Shown piece after piece: positions 1 to 10,288 of a stretch of 64,000 bases of DNA. This DNA is from an uncultured Bacilli bacterium. GTDB lineage: Bacteria > Bacillota_I > Bacilli_A > RF39 > UBA660. The position numbers and the translations under genes were made by a program. Under the pieces are notes generated by a model. The model searched no databases. It had not been told where the DNA came from and was given only the letters and a program-made list of their open reading frames with translations. Position 1 is the stretch's first letter; every line of letters starts with the position of its first letter. The stretch is taken from contig CANREL010000004.1 of the NCBI GenBank assembly GCA_947629655.1, positions 13,577 through 77,576 of the forward strand. Direction: 5' to 3'.

Positions 1-1
1 G

Positions 2-2821
2 TATTTTAGAAACTTATTTTATGAAACGCATGACTTATTTCCCAACTTGGCATTTAATTTAGGAAATGGTCAAAATATATATAATTTGTCATATTATGGA
101 TTTTTGAGTCCAGTCATTTTCATATCATATTTATTTCCTTTTGTAGCCATGAACGATTACATCATCATTTCAACGATAATATTACTTTTGATGAGTAGTA
201 TTTTGATGTATTTCTTCATGAAGAAAAAGACTAATGATTACAATATTGCGTTGATAGGCAGTTTTGTATTTTTAATGGCTTCACCACTAATTTTTCATGC
301 ACATCGTCATATCATGTTCATGAATTATTTACCATTTTTATTGATGGGATATTTTGGTGTTGATAAGTATTTTGAAAAAAATAGTAAATGGTTATTAACT
401 CTATCGGTATTTTTGATGATAATGACTAGTTATCTATTCAGTGTGTGTGGAATTTTATCAATTGTCATATATGGAATTTATTGTTATTTACAAAGAAATG
501 ATAAAATTACTTTAAAAGGTTTTATCAGTGATGGATTTAAATTTGTTTTGCCAATATTAGTTGGCGTGTTGATGTCTTGTATTTTAATTGGACCAACGTT
601 CTATTCTTTGTTGAATGGAAGAGAATCAACTACTAGTATGAATCTTTTTAAGTTGTTAATGCCTGACGTTGACATCAGTAAACTTTTATACGGTACTTAT
701 GCGATGGGACTTTCATCACTAGCTCTAATCGGTTTAGTTGGAAGTTTTTCAATTAAGAAAAAAGAAAATGTCTTTTTAGCTACTGCTTTAGCGATAATAT
801 TGATATTTCCAATATTTACCTATTTGTTAAATGGGGGATTATATACAGAAAGTAAGATATTAATTCCGCTAATACCATTATTTATTTTGATGATTGGTGA
901 TGTGTTAAAGAACATTTTTGAAAAAAGAATAAAGGTTCGACCAATCATTATGTCAACTGTCATAATATGTTCAATTTCATTACTATTTAATGACTATAAA
1001 CAAATAGAAGTTTTATTAATTGAATTATCAATTGTCATCATATGTGTTTATCTACTATATAAAAAGAAATATTTTAGATATTTTTACATGTATCTATTTC
1101 CAGCTCTATTAATCATAAATATTTGCTTTAATTTCGGAGATACACTAATTGAAAAAGATTATTATGATCGTTTTACGGATCCAGTTTTAGATATCATTGA
1201 TGATGATCAATCTTTTTATCGAGTAAATGTTTTTGATTACAATTTGGATCATGTCAATCGCGTTTATGATAGTGAATATTATACTTCAGGTATGTACTCA
1301 TCGAGTGCTTCAATCGGTTATGAAGATTTCTTCTATCAAAGAATCGGTAATGAAATAACTTTTAGAACTTATCGTCAAATGGGAAATACTGCTAATTTGT
1401 TTTATAACATCTATAATGGTAATAAATATTTAGTAGCTGATGACTTTGATTCTGGATTTTATAAAAAGATAGGTGATATGACTTATATCAATGATAATGT
1501 TTTACCAGTTGGATATGTATCAAATCGATTGATGAGTCGCAGTTATTATGATGAATTAAATTATCCTGATAATATCTATGCCTATTTGAATTATGTAATT
1601 GTTGATGATGATCACATATCAAATCACTATGATTCTAAGTTTGAAAAAATAGATCTTGACTATGATTTGATATCGACGGAAGCTAAATATGAATTCATTG
1701 ATAATGGTATTAAGTTCAATTCTTCAAAGAATAAATCAAAAGTTAAATTACATCTTAATAATGATTTGGAAAATAAAGTTTTATTAGTAAGTTTCGATAT
1801 GAAATATCAAGAAATGTGTGATGTTGGGGATACTTACATTAAAATTAATGGTATTGAAAATAAGTTGTCATGTCGCAGTTGGAAATACAATAATAAAAAT
1901 TATAATTTTATTTACGTATTATCTAGTAATGATTTATCAGATATTGATATCGAGATATCTAAAGGCGATTATACAATTAAAAATCTTAACTTTTACACTA
2001 TCGATTATGATGATGTTAGAGATGTTTTAAAAGGTATTGATCCTTTGGTCATTGATAGAGAAAAAACATTGGGGGATAAGATTGTTGGGACTATAAACGT
2101 CACTGAAGATGGATACTTTAATCTATCAGTTCCATATGATGAAGGTTTCAAAATTTATGTCGATGGTAAAATGGTCGATTATGAAAAAACAGATATTAAC
2201 TTCATGGGATTCATGATGAAAAAAGGACATCATGATGTAGAAATTATTTATGAAGCACCATATAAAAAAGTTAGTATGTGGGTATCAATAATTGGATTTA
2301 TATTATTTATTTTGGAGGTATTAATGGTTGGTTTTATCAATGTTTTTGGAGATTTGTTGAATGAAATAAAAAATCCTAAAACAAAATTGTTCAAATTGAT
2401 TATGGGACTTTATTCGAAGTATAAAGAAATTGTTAATTATTTGATAGTTGGAGTTTTGACGACAGTTGTCAGTTTAGCTAGTAAATGGATTCTTCTATTT
2501 ACGGTTTTAGATGCTGAAAATGCATTTCAGTTACAAGTAGCTATTATCATCTCTTGGATATGTGCTGTACTATTTGCTTATGTCACTAATAGAATGTTTG
2601 TCTTCTATAGTAAGAATAAAAATATTTTACAAGAGATGGCGAAGTTCTTTGGGGCGAGAATTATCACATTATTGATGGAAATGGTCATAATGTGGTTCTT
2701 TGTAACACTACTCAGAATGAATAGTGATACTTGGGTTTTGATTTGGACAGTTGTGACTCAAGTGTTGATCATGGTATTTAACTATGTATTCAGTAAATTA
2801 TTAGTTTTCAAGAAAAAGTAA
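2..2821 (+). CDS. YfhO-family polytopic membrane glycosyltransferase fused to a C-terminal GtrA-like domain (5' end cut by the window edge)
   Basis: The frame is open from nt 2 (YFRNLFYETHDLFPNL precedes the track's TTG at 47), so the gene starts upstream of the window. It has many TM helices plus a large soluble domain, as in YfhO. The last ~130 aa (nt ~2420-2821; IVNYLIVGVLTTVVS...NRMFVF...NYVFSKLLVFKK) show the 4-TM GtrA pattern. Confidence 0.75.
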   Translation, partial: YFRNLFYETHDLFPNLAFNLGNGQNIYNLSYYGFLSPVIFISYLFPFVAMNDYIIISTIILLLMSSILMYFFMKKKTNDYNIALIGSFVFLMASPLIFHAHRHIMFMNYLPFLLMGYFGVDKYFEKNSKWLLTLSVFLMIMTSYLFSVCGILSIVIYGIYCYLQRNDKITLKGFISDGFKFVLPILVGVLMSCILIGPTFYSLLNGRESTTSMNLFKLLMPDVDISKLLYGTYAMGLSSLALIGLVGSFSIKKKENVFLATALAIILIFPIFTYLLNGGLYTESKILIPLIPLFILMIGDVLKNIFEKRIKVRPIIMSTVIICSISLLFNDYKQIEVLLIELSIVIICVYLLYKKKYFRYFYMYLFPALLIINICFNFGDTLIEKDYYDRFTDPVLDIIDDDQSFYRVNVFDYNLDHVNRVYDSEYYTSGMYSSSASIGYEDFFYQRIGNEITFRTYRQMGNTANLFYNIYNGNKYLVADDFDSGFYKKIGDMTYINDNVLPVGYVSNRLMSRSYYDELNYPDNIYAYLNYVIVDDDHISNHYDSKFEKIDLDYDLISTEAKYEFIDNGIKFNSSKNKSKVKLHLNNDLENKVLLVSFDMKYQEMCDVGDTYIKINGIENKLSCRSWKYNNKNYNFIYVLSSNDLSDIDIEISKGDYTIKNLNFYTIDYDDVRDVLKGIDPLVIDREKTLGDKIVGTINVTEDGYFNLSVPYDEGFKIYVDGKMVDYEKTDINFMGFMMKKGHHDVEIIYEAPYKKVSMWVSIIGFILFILEVLMVGFINVFGDLLNEIKNPKTKLFKLIMGLYSKYKEIVNYLIVGVLTTVVSLASKWILLFTVLDAENAFQLQVAIIISWICAVLFAYVTNRMFVFYSKNKNILQEMAKFFGARIITLLMEMVIMWFFVTLLRMNSDTWVLIWTVVTQVLIMVFNYVFSKLLVFKKK

Positions 2822-2877
2822 TTACTATTATTTAGCGATATGATATAATATGAAGTATAGAATATGGTGGTGATGAT

Positions 2878-3123
2878 ATGTTTAACGATCTTGGACGTAT
2901 TGTTGTGGTGGCTGGAAGAGAGTACTTGTTAGTTAGTAGAGTTAATCATGAGGTAGATAGTTATCTCTATTTAATGAGTGTTTCTAGTCCGTTAGATATT
3001 CTAATAGCTAAAGAGAAAAATAGTAGTGCATCAGTTGTGGAATTAGTCATGGTTGATGATGACGATGAAAAGAGAAAAATATATGATTTATTCATAAAAG
3101 GTGCTCGTTTAGGGTTATTGTAA
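2878..3123 (+). CDS. small hypothetical protein (81 aa)
   Basis: ATG is preceded by the RBS GGTGGTGA and the ORF is followed by a strong terminator. I recognise no motif with certainty. Confidence 0.4.
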   Translation: MFNDLGRIVVVAGREYLLVSRVNHEVDSYLYLMSVSSPLDILIAKEKNSSASVVELVMVDDDDEKRKIYDLFIKGARLGLL

Positions 3124-3133
3124 ATATGGTCAA

Positions 3134-3161
3134 AGATATGTAAAATACATATCTTTTTTTT
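3134..3161 (+). terminator. rho-independent terminator
   Basis: Hairpin agatatgta/aaa/tacatatct followed by a T-run. Confidence 0.6.
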
Positions 3162-3184
3162 AGTTTCCTTGTTATAATTGGGTT

Positions 3185-4219
3185 ATGGTGATGCATATGG
3201 ATAGCATATATAATAAAACTTATGATGAACTGATTAAGTATTTTGAGTCCATTGGTGAAAAAAAGTTTAAAGCGACACAAGTATTTGAATGGTTGTATTT
3301 AAAAAGAGTAAAATCATTTGATGAGATGAGCAATATAAAAAAAGATATCATCGATGAGTTAAAAAAAGAGTTTGTCATAAAAAATATAAATCTCGATAAA
3401 GTTGAAAGAGACGTTGAAGTTAATAAATATTTATTCACGTTAAGTGATGGTAATCACATCGAATCAGTTTTGATGCGTCATGATTATGGCACTAGTATTT
3501 GTATATCTAGTCAAGTTGGATGCAATATGGGATGTCATTTTTGTGAGAGTGGTAGATTGAAAAAAGTTCGCGATTTAACAGCGGGCGAGATGGTCGAACA
3601 GATATTGAAAGTTGAAGAAGACATAAAGATACGCATCACGCACGTCGTCATCATGGGAATAGGTGAACCATTTGATAATTTTGATAATTTTAAAAGGTTT
3701 GTCGAGATAATTAATTATCAAAAAGGAATCAATATTGGAAGTCGTCACATCACTGTTTCTACTAGTGGAATCATTCCTAAAATAAAAGAATTTGAACAAT
3801 TTCCTTATCAAGTAAATTTAGCGATTAGTCTTCATGCTCCAAATGATAAAATTCGTAATGAACTGATGCCTATCAATAAAGTTTATCCGATTAAAGACTT
3901 GATAAAAGAATTAAAAAATTACATAAAAATTACTAATAGAAGAGTGACATTCGAATATATTTTGTTAGATGGAATCAATGACACAGAGATGTGTGCTAAT
4001 GAATTGTGCAATCTAGTTGAAGGAATGAATTGTTATATCAATTTAATTCCATATAATGAAACTAATAATTTGGGCTATAAAAGGAGCAAAAAAGATACTA
4101 TTTCTAAATTTTATGATATAATAAAAAAGAGAAAAATAAATGTTACGATCAGAAGAGAATTTGGAACTAATATAAGTGCTGCTTGTGGACAACTTAGAAG
4201 TAAGAAGGAGGATTTATGA
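3185..4219 (+). CDS. rlmN: 23S rRNA/tRNA A2503 methyltransferase RlmN (radical SAM)
   Basis: Motifs CNMGCHFCESG (CxxxCxxC), GIGEP and the C-terminal AACGQL. The true start may be the ATG at 3197, behind GGTGA. An extended -10 (TGtTATAAT) lies at 3170-3178. Confidence 0.9.
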   Translation: MVMHMDSIYNKTYDELIKYFESIGEKKFKATQVFEWLYLKRVKSFDEMSNIKKDIIDELKKEFVIKNINLDKVERDVEVNKYLFTLSDGNHIESVLMRHDYGTSICISSQVGCNMGCHFCESGRLKKVRDLTAGEMVEQILKVEEDIKIRITHVVIMGIGEPFDNFDNFKRFVEIINYQKGINIGSRHITVSTSGIIPKIKEFEQFPYQVNLAISLHAPNDKIRNELMPINKVYPIKDLIKELKNYIKITNRRVTFEYILLDGINDTEMCANELCNLVEGMNCYINLIPYNETNNLGYKRSKKDTISKFYDIIKKRKINVTIRREFGTNISAACGQLRSKKEDL

Positions 4220-4956
4220 AATCATTTTATTTGACAGATACTGGTAAAGTAAGAAGTCATAACGAAGATAGTTTAATCGTTTTAGAAAATAGTAATCATG
4301 AGTACTTATTAGCTGTTGCTGATGGGATGGGTGGTCATTCTGCTGGTGAGGTTGCTAGTAGCATTGCGATTACACATCTAAGTAATATGTTTAAAAAAAA
4401 TTTTTTGAACTTGGAAAAGGTTCAAGCTGTCAATTGGTTACGAGATACTGTAATTGAAATTAATGATTTGATTTTTGATTATGCGGATAAACATCCTGAG
4501 AGTAAAGGAATGGGTACTACTCTAGTCGTAGCACTTGTCACTAAAGATTATGTCTTATTTGGAAATATAGGTGATTCTTCAGGATTTGTCGTAAAAAATG
4601 GAAAATTACATAAAGTTACATACGATCACACTTTGGTCAATTTACTTTTAAAAGCTGGAGAACTTACAGAAGAAGAAGCTAAGGATCATCCAAAGAAAAA
4701 TGTCCTTATGAAAGCACTTGGTGCTAACAATCCAATTGATATCGATATTTTTGATTGTGATATGGATATCGATTCAATTCTTTTGTGTAGTGATGGACTT
4801 ACAACGATGCTTGAAACTGAACAAATTGAAAAAGTGTTATTGAGTGATACGGATATTGAAGATAAAGTTATTAAATTGATTAGAAAGAGTAATAATCGCG
4901 GGGGAACTGATAATATTTCGGTTGCTTATTTAGATTTCAAAGAAAGCGGTGAATAA
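4216..4956 (+). CDS. prpC: PP2C-family Ser/Thr phosphatase
   Basis: Motifs AVADGMGGHSAGEVAS, GMGTT, NIGDSS, LCSDGL and GGTDNISV. The start overlaps the rlmN stop (ATGA). Confidence 0.9.
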   Translation: MKSFYLTDTGKVRSHNEDSLIVLENSNHEYLLAVADGMGGHSAGEVASSIAITHLSNMFKKNFLNLEKVQAVNWLRDTVIEINDLIFDYADKHPESKGMGTTLVVALVTKDYVLFGNIGDSSGFVVKNGKLHKVTYDHTLVNLLLKAGELTEEEAKDHPKKNVLMKALGANNPIDIDIFDCDMDIDSILLCSDGLTTMLETEQIEKVLLSDTDIEDKVIKLIRKSNNRGGTDNISVAYLDFKESGE

Positions 4957-4958
4957 GA

Positions 4959-6782
4959 TTGATAACAAAGGGGCAAAAAATAAATGATAGATACGAGATA
5001 ATTAAAAGTATCGGTGAAGGTGGAATGGCCAATGTCTATTTGGCTCAAGATACTATTTTAGATCGTAAAGTAGCTATTAAAGTTTTAAGAGGTGATTTGG
5101 CAAACGATGAAAAATTCATTCGTCGTTTTCAAAGGGAAGCTCTATCAGCGTCGTCTTTGTCTCATCCCAATATTGTTGAAATGTATGATGTTGGTGAAGA
5201 TAATGGTAATCACTACATCGTCATGGAGTATATCGAAGGTAAGACTTTAAAGCAGTTACTTAAGAAAAGAGGTAATTTAACTGTCAGTGAAGCTGTTGAC
5301 ATCATGCTTCAATTAACTGATGGTATTTCGCATGCACATGACAGTTATATAATCCATAGAGATTTAAAACCACAAAACATCATGATTCAAGAGGATGGTC
5401 AAATAAAAATAACCGATTTTGGTATTGCGATGGCCCTCAATTCTACGCAACTTACTCAAACTAATTCGGTCATGGGAAGTGTTCACTATTTACCACCAGA
5501 ACAAGCTAGTGGTAAAGGATCAACTATAAAATGTGATATTTATTCAATGGGAATTCTTTTCTATGAGTTATTGACAGGAGTTCTTCCTTTTAAAGGCGAT
5601 AATGCCGTAGAGATTGCTTTAAAACATATGAGGGATCCATTACCTAGTGTTCGAAAACAAAATTCTAACATTCCGCAAAGCGTTGAAAATATCATCATTA
5701 AAGCAACAGCGAAAAATCCTAAAAATAGATATAATGATGTCAAAGAGATGTATCAGGATTTGAGAGTGTGTCTCGATCCAGATGTGATGAATCAAGAACG
5801 ATATGTCTACAAATATCCTGAACATGAAATTGATGATACAAAAGCGGCAATTCCAACGATTAAGACAAAGAAACCTGAAAAGAAGAAGGAAGAAGAGAAA
5901 AAAGAAGAAGAACTAGAAGAGGAAATTGCGGAAGAGATAGAAGAAGAAAAGGAAGAAAAGAGCAAGTTACGTTATGTAATTTGGGCACTATTTGGAATTT
6001 TAGTCGTTCTTGTAATAGTTCTATCAGTATTATTCCTTCCCGGTTTCTTCAGTAAGGATAAAGAAGTAGAAATACCTGATGTATCAGGACTTTCAGTTGT
6101 CGATGCTGAATCAGTTCTAAAAGATAATGGTTTAGAAGTAGCGAAAGAAACTGAAAAAATGGTCAGTGCTGAATACGAGATTGGTCTTGTCGTCAAAACT
6201 GATCCAATTGCGGGTCGCAGTGTTAAAGAGGGGACTGTTATAACGATTTATGAATCCATTGGTGAAGAGACATATACGATGGAAAACTTTGTCGGTACTA
6301 ACTATATTGAAGCTCAGACCAAATTGGAAGAAGTCTATGGTTTAGATGTTACCGTTGAGAAAAAAGATATTGAAAATATTGAAGATTCTGAAGAGTTAGA
6401 CGCTCAAATTGTTATTGAACAGACACCAGCTGAAGGAACAGTTTTGAAAAAGGGTGATAAAGTAACTTTGTACATACCAGATGTGTATGATAAATATCCA
6501 GATTTCGTCAAAGAAGAATGGACGATTGATGACATTGATGCTTTCTGTCAACAATATGGAATTACTTTAGAGAAGAAATATCAAGCTACATCAAGTTATA
6601 AGCCAGGACAAATAATTCGTCAGTCAAGATCGGCTGGTAGTAAGATAGTTAGTGGTGCAACATTGATAATAACAATCGCTGAAGAACCAAAAGTTGAAAC
6701 ACCAGAACCACCTAGTGATAGTGGTACTAGCAGTAGTGGTGATAGTACAGGAACGACAACAGGTGATGGTGGCAATACGTAA
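4959..6782 (+). CDS. prkC: Ser/Thr protein kinase PrkC with TM segment and three PASTA repeats
   Basis: Motifs GEGGMANVY, VAIK, HRDLKPQN and DFGIA. These are followed by a K/E-rich linker, one TM helix, three PASTA-like repeats and a G/S/T-rich tail. Start codon is TTG. Confidence 0.9.
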   Translation: MITKGQKINDRYEIIKSIGEGGMANVYLAQDTILDRKVAIKVLRGDLANDEKFIRRFQREALSASSLSHPNIVEMYDVGEDNGNHYIVMEYIEGKTLKQLLKKRGNLTVSEAVDIMLQLTDGISHAHDSYIIHRDLKPQNIMIQEDGQIKITDFGIAMALNSTQLTQTNSVMGSVHYLPPEQASGKGSTIKCDIYSMGILFYELLTGVLPFKGDNAVEIALKHMRDPLPSVRKQNSNIPQSVENIIIKATAKNPKNRYNDVKEMYQDLRVCLDPDVMNQERYVYKYPEHEIDDTKAAIPTIKTKKPEKKKEEEKKEEELEEEIAEEIEEEKEEKSKLRYVIWALFGILVVLVIVLSVLFLPGFFSKDKEVEIPDVSGLSVVDAESVLKDNGLEVAKETEKMVSAEYEIGLVVKTDPIAGRSVKEGTVITIYESIGEETYTMENFVGTNYIEAQTKLEEVYGLDVTVEKKDIENIEDSEELDAQIVIEQTPAEGTVLKKGDKVTLYIPDVYDKYPDFVKEEWTIDDIDAFCQQYGITLEKKYQATSSYKPGQIIRQSRSAGSKIVSGATLIITIAEEPKVETPEPPSDSGTSSSGDSTGTTTGDGGNT

Positions 6783-6794
6783 AGTGGGGGTTAA

Positions 6795-7616
6795 ATGGAA
6801 GGTCAAATAGTTAAAATAATAAGTAATTTATATACTGTTAATTGTAATGGAAATTTGTATGAATGCAATAGTCGTGGCAAATTCCGCAAAGATAACATAA
6901 CACCAGTAGTTGGTGATTATGTCGTGATTGATAGTGATAATAAATATATTTTAGAAGTAAAACCTAGGAAGAATCGATTAATAAGACCAATGGTCAGTAA
7001 TATTGACCAAGGTCTTATTCTAACGAGTGTAAAAATTCCTGATTTTTCACCAATTCTATTGGATAAATTGATAACTTTGATGGAAATCAATAATGTTGAA
7101 CCAATTATCTGTTTCAGTAAGATGGATTTATTGAGTGATTCTGAAAAAAAGGAAATATTCAAATATATCGATTACTATAAGAAAATTGGTTATCGCGTCT
7201 TCATCAATGATCAAGTCGCTGAAATAAAAAAGATTTTTAAGAATAAAATAACGGTATTTACTGGTCAGACTGGGGCTGGAAAGAGTAGTTTAATAAATAG
7301 ACTCAGTCCTGATGTCAATTTTCAAACTGGTGAAGTTTCTATTGCTTTGGGACGTGGTAGACATACGACACGCCATGTCGAATTAATTGAATTATTTGAT
7401 GGTAAAATATTAGATACTCCAGGTTTTTCAAGTTTAGAGTTTAATAATATAGATAGAGAAAAAATACGTGATGCTTTTGTCGAGTTTAAAAATTATCCTT
7501 GTAAGTTTAAAGATTGTATGCATTTGAATGAGCGTGATTGTTCAGTTAAAGATGCGGTTAAAAATGGAGAGATATTAGAGTCACGTTATAATGATTATAA
7601 AAAGATAGTACAGTAG
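6795..7616 (+). CDS. rsgA: ribosome small-subunit biogenesis GTPase RsgA
   Basis: Circularly permuted GTPase with FSKMD, GQTGAGKSSLIN and DTPGF, plus a C-terminal Cys/His zinc cluster (CKFKDCMHLNERDC). Confidence 0.9.
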   Translation: MEGQIVKIISNLYTVNCNGNLYECNSRGKFRKDNITPVVGDYVVIDSDNKYILEVKPRKNRLIRPMVSNIDQGLILTSVKIPDFSPILLDKLITLMEINNVEPIICFSKMDLLSDSEKKEIFKYIDYYKKIGYRVFINDQVAEIKKIFKNKITVFTGQTGAGKSSLINRLSPDVNFQTGEVSIALGRGRHTTRHVELIELFDGKILDTPGFSSLEFNNIDREKIRDAFVEFKNYPCKFKDCMHLNERDCSVKDAVKNGEILESRYNDYKKIVQ

Positions 7617-7624
7617 GTGATCAT

Positions 7625-8248
7625 ATGAAAAAGAAAGTATCAGTTTCTTTTTTTAGTAGTAAAAATATTGAAGATGATTTGATAAGTTTATGTGATACAT
7701 CAGTTGATTACATCCATGTCGATGTTGGTGATGGTAAATTCATTGAAAGAAAATTTAATCCAATCAAAGAGTTAAGCGGTTTATCAGGAGCACTTACTAA
7801 GCGATTAGATGTCCATTTCATGGTTGAAGATCCAGAGAAGTATATCATCGATTACAGTGAATTGAATTGTGAATATATAACGTTTCATTGTGAGATAAAA
7901 AAAGATATTTTGAAACTTTTAGATCTCATTAAATCTTATGGAATTAAATGTGGTTTAGCGATTAGTCCAGATACGGATATCTGTTTCTTGGAACCTTTTT
8001 TAGATGACATTGACATGATTTTAGTAATGAGTGTCGTACCAGGTAAAGGGGGACAGAGTTTTATCTATTCGACTATTGATAGAATAAAAGAGATAAAAAA
8101 ATTAATTGGTAGGCGTGATATCGTCATCAATGTCGATGGAGGAATAAATGGGGAAACTTCTAAGTTGGTCGATAGTGATATCGTTGTCAGTGGAAGCTTT
8201 GTCTTAGGTAGTGGTGATCTAGAGAAAAATATTGAAGCAGTAAGGTGA
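7625..8248 (+). CDS. rpe: ribulose-phosphate 3-epimerase family protein (divergent)
   Basis: Motifs HVDVGDGKF, HFMVEDP, MSVVPGKGGQSF and VDGGIN. Its position after rsgA matches the conserved Firmicute operon. Confidence 0.7.
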   Translation: MKKKVSVSFFSSKNIEDDLISLCDTSVDYIHVDVGDGKFIERKFNPIKELSGLSGALTKRLDVHFMVEDPEKYIIDYSELNCEYITFHCEIKKDILKLLDLIKSYGIKCGLAISPDTDICFLEPFLDDIDMILVMSVVPGKGGQSFIYSTIDRIKEIKKLIGRRDIVINVDGGINGETSKLVDSDIVVSGSFVLGSGDLEKNIEAVR

Positions 8249-8252
8249 TTAG

Positions 8253-8876
8253 ATGAAAAAATTTTTAATACCATTAATGTTGGTTTTAGCAATTTTGGTA
8301 ACGGGATGTACAATCGATATCAGTAAGAATCACGATCGAGATGATAATGCGATGGATGAAGAAGAGAGAAGTACTGATAAAGAAAAAATGGAAAGTGTAG
8401 GTAGTACATCTAGTAAAGATGCTCCCCTAAGCATTGGAGAAGTTGGTATTTCTAGTAAGTACAATGCCATATTGGATACTTATCAAGATGTCGATGTCAA
8501 ATTGTTAAAAATTTATGATGATGAACTTTATCAAATTGAAAAATATAATGAAAAAAATCCAGATGATCAGATTGAAGTAGATGATGATTACAAAGCGGTA
8601 GTTCTTCAATATGAGGTATCTCTATTCGATTTTGAAACTGAATCTTTTGGAACTAGTGTTGAACTAGATACGGAAATTACGGATGTAAATGATAACAGTT
8701 TTGTTGTCAATGGTGTTAAACAAGTCATCGATGTCAAAGTTTTAGATAGTGATGCAGGAATTACTAATGGATCTAGTGGAAAAGTTACTATTTTTTTCCA
8801 AATACCGAAAGATGTGACTAATTATTTAGTCAAGTTAGGCACAAATAATCAAAAAATTGCGTATTATAAAGTGTAA
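8253..8876 (+). CDS. lipoprotein, function unknown
   Basis: Signal peptide with the lipobox LVTGC, followed by an acidic linker and a beta-rich domain. Confidence 0.65.
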   Translation: MKKFLIPLMLVLAILVTGCTIDISKNHDRDDNAMDEEERSTDKEKMESVGSTSSKDAPLSIGEVGISSKYNAILDTYQDVDVKLLKIYDDELYQIEKYNEKNPDDQIEVDDDYKAVVLQYEVSLFDFETESFGTSVELDTEITDVNDNSFVVNGVKQVIDVKVLDSDAGITNGSSGKVTIFFQIPKDVTNYLVKLGTNNQKIAYYKV

Positions 8877-8890
8877 ATGAGAGGTGTCAT

Positions 8891-10018
8891 ATGATTTATT
8901 TAGATTATTCAGCAACTACTCCAGTTGATAAAGAAGTCATCAGAACTTTTTCTAAGACTTGTGAAGAGTATTTTGCTAATCCAAATTCATTGCATAAAGA
9001 GGGAGTAAAAGCTAATGCTTTGATAAATGCAGCAACCGTCCAAATAGCTGATATTTTGGGAGTAAAGCCAAGTGAAATAATTTATACGAGTGGCGCTAGT
9101 GAAAGTAATAATTTGGCCATTAAAGGCATTTGTGATAGATATCAAAATCGAGGTAAACACATAATTACTACAGATTTTGAACATTCATCTGTCTTTGCAC
9201 CATGTGGATATTTACAAAAACATGGTTTTGATGTCGATTTCGTAAAGACAAAAGATGATGGAAAAGTCGATTTAGACGATTTGAAAAGACTCATCCGTGA
9301 TGATACGATTTTAGTAAGTATTACGGCGGTTAATAGTGAGATAGGTATCATTGAACCAATTGAAGAAATTGGCGAAATATTGAAAGAATATCCAAAAGTG
9401 TTTTATCATGTCGATTTGACTCAGAGCATTGGAAAGCAAAAGATTGATATGACCAATATTGATCTAGCTAGTTTTTCAGCTCATAAATTTTTTGGAATAA
9501 AGGGCATAGGTGTTTTAGTCAAAAAAGAAAACATCAGTATTGAACCATTAATTCATGGTGGAAAGAGTACGACTATATATCGAAGTGGTACGCCTTCAAC
9601 TCCATTAATCGCATCGATTTCTAAAGCTTTGCGATTAGTTAATATCGATATGGATAAACATTATGAATACGTCACTAAAATAAATGAGAAACTTCGTGAT
9701 GAACTGTCCAAATATGATAAAGTTCGCATCAATAGTCCAGAAGATGCTCTTCCATATATTTTGAACATAAGTGTTTTAGGAGTAAAACCAGAAGTTTTAT
9801 TACATGCGCTTGAGGAAGATGAAGTTTATATTTCAACGCAGACAGCTTGTAGTAGTAAAAATGATGAATCAAAAGCTGTATATGCTTTGACAAAAGATAA
9901 GGACAGAAGTAGATCGAGTGTTAGAATTAGTCTTTCTTATAAGACGACAGAAGAAGAAATAGAAGAATTTTTAAAAATATTTGATAAATGTTATAATAGA
10001 CTTACTACTTTGAGGTGA
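8891..10018 (+). CDS. cysteine desulfurase (NifS/IscS-like, class V aminotransferase)
   Basis: PLP-lysine motif SFSAHKFFGIKGIG, plus SGASESNN and RSGTPS, and the active-site loop STQTACSS. Confidence 0.85.
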   Translation: MIYLDYSATTPVDKEVIRTFSKTCEEYFANPNSLHKEGVKANALINAATVQIADILGVKPSEIIYTSGASESNNLAIKGICDRYQNRGKHIITTDFEHSSVFAPCGYLQKHGFDVDFVKTKDDGKVDLDDLKRLIRDDTILVSITAVNSEIGIIEPIEEIGEILKEYPKVFYHVDLTQSIGKQKIDMTNIDLASFSAHKFFGIKGIGVLVKKENISIEPLIHGGKSTTIYRSGTPSTPLIASISKALRLVNIDMDKHYEYVTKINEKLRDELSKYDKVRINSPEDALPYILNISVLGVKPEVLLHALEEDEVYISTQTACSSKNDESKAVYALTKDKDRSRSSVRISLSYKTTEEEIEEFLKIFDKCYNRLTTLR

Positions 10019-10024
10019 TATTAA

Positions 10025-10285
10025 ATGAAAATTATAAAAATAAATGCTGTTTGGTGTCCAGCATGCATACTAACCAATAAGATTTGGAAAAAAGCTAAAG
10101 AAGATTTTTCTGATTTGAAAATAGAAGAATTGGATTATGACTTTGATGAAGATGAAGTTAAAAAGTATGATGTCGGTAAAGTCCTACCAGTAGTTATTTT
10201 TATGAGAGATGGCATGGAAGTTGAAAGATTAGTTGGTGAAAAGAATAGAGAAGAAATATATGCAGCAATTGATAGGAATAAGTAG
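10025..10285 (+). CDS. small thioredoxin-fold protein
   Basis: WCPAC redox motif in an 86-aa protein. Confidence 0.7.
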   Translation: MKIIKINAVWCPACILTNKIWKKAKEDFSDLKIEELDYDFDEDEVKKYDVGKVLPVVIFMRDGMEVERLVGEKNREEIYAAIDRNK

Positions 10286-10288
10286 AAG

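Noticed and set aside
5860-5965. The K/E-rich low-complexity stretch in PrkC (KKPEKKKEEEKKEEELEEEIAEEIEEEKEEK) as a repeat element.
   Set aside because: It is an in-frame juxtamembrane linker between the kinase domain and the TM helix. Such charged linkers are common in PASTA kinases, and no DNA-level tandem repeat unit is evident.
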